A stretch of 64,000 bases of DNA, from NCBI GenBank assembly GCA_002633005.1, contig NMRA01000534.1, positions 121,577 through 185,576 of the forward strand, in the 5' to 3' direction. The position numbers were made by a program, and so were the translations under genes. This DNA comes from Phoronis australis (lineage: Eukaryota > Animalia > Phoronida). The first letter of the stretch is position 1. Every line of letters begins with the position of its first letter. The notes beneath the pieces are model-generated. The model did no database searches. It was not told the origin of the DNA and worked only from the letters and a program-made list of their open reading frames with translations. Positions 63,901-64,000 of this stretch are shown here, piece by piece.

Positions 63901-64000
63901 AGATAATTAAAAACTCTTCTCGATTTCGTCACATGAACTTGGCACATAAGTTTCGTGAAACCATATTGTGCACATCTGGGTATGAGTCACGCCACCAGCA

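Overview
AT-rich, intron-rich animal DNA, probably a lophotrochozoan invertebrate (inferred from the GPCR and repeat types). The assembly is a draft, with single-N joins and a ~560-nt gap. Four protein-coding genes can be built by hand. NFS1 cysteine desulfurase is on the minus strand with 9 exons found; one internal exon and the first exon are not found, and the gene runs off the left edge. A pyruvate dehydrogenase phosphatase (PP2C/PDP) has a single coding exon on the plus strand. RBM39/Caper is on the minus strand and reconstructs completely. A class A peptide-type GPCR has an intronless CDS on the minus strand. The rest is transposon-derived: a gag-protease-only BEL/Pao LTR element nested in a MITE, THAP/Kolobok-like and THAP/Harbinger-like fossils, LINE fragments, a Helentron-like tandem-repeat element and several MITEs. 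The top finding is in RBM39, which carries two tandem 66-nt homologous exons separated by only 56 nt. Each encodes the beta2-beta3/RNP1 segment of RRM2 (KGFGFVT vs QGYGFVT), which looks like an old mutually exclusive exon switch of the RNA-binding surface. Other findings are a candidate poison exon in RBM39 intron 2, vertebrate-like NFS1-RBM39 microsynteny with PDP in the ROMO1 slot, and two haplotype duplications that expose transposon insertion polymorphisms. All coordinates and identities were read by eye, and no database searches were run.
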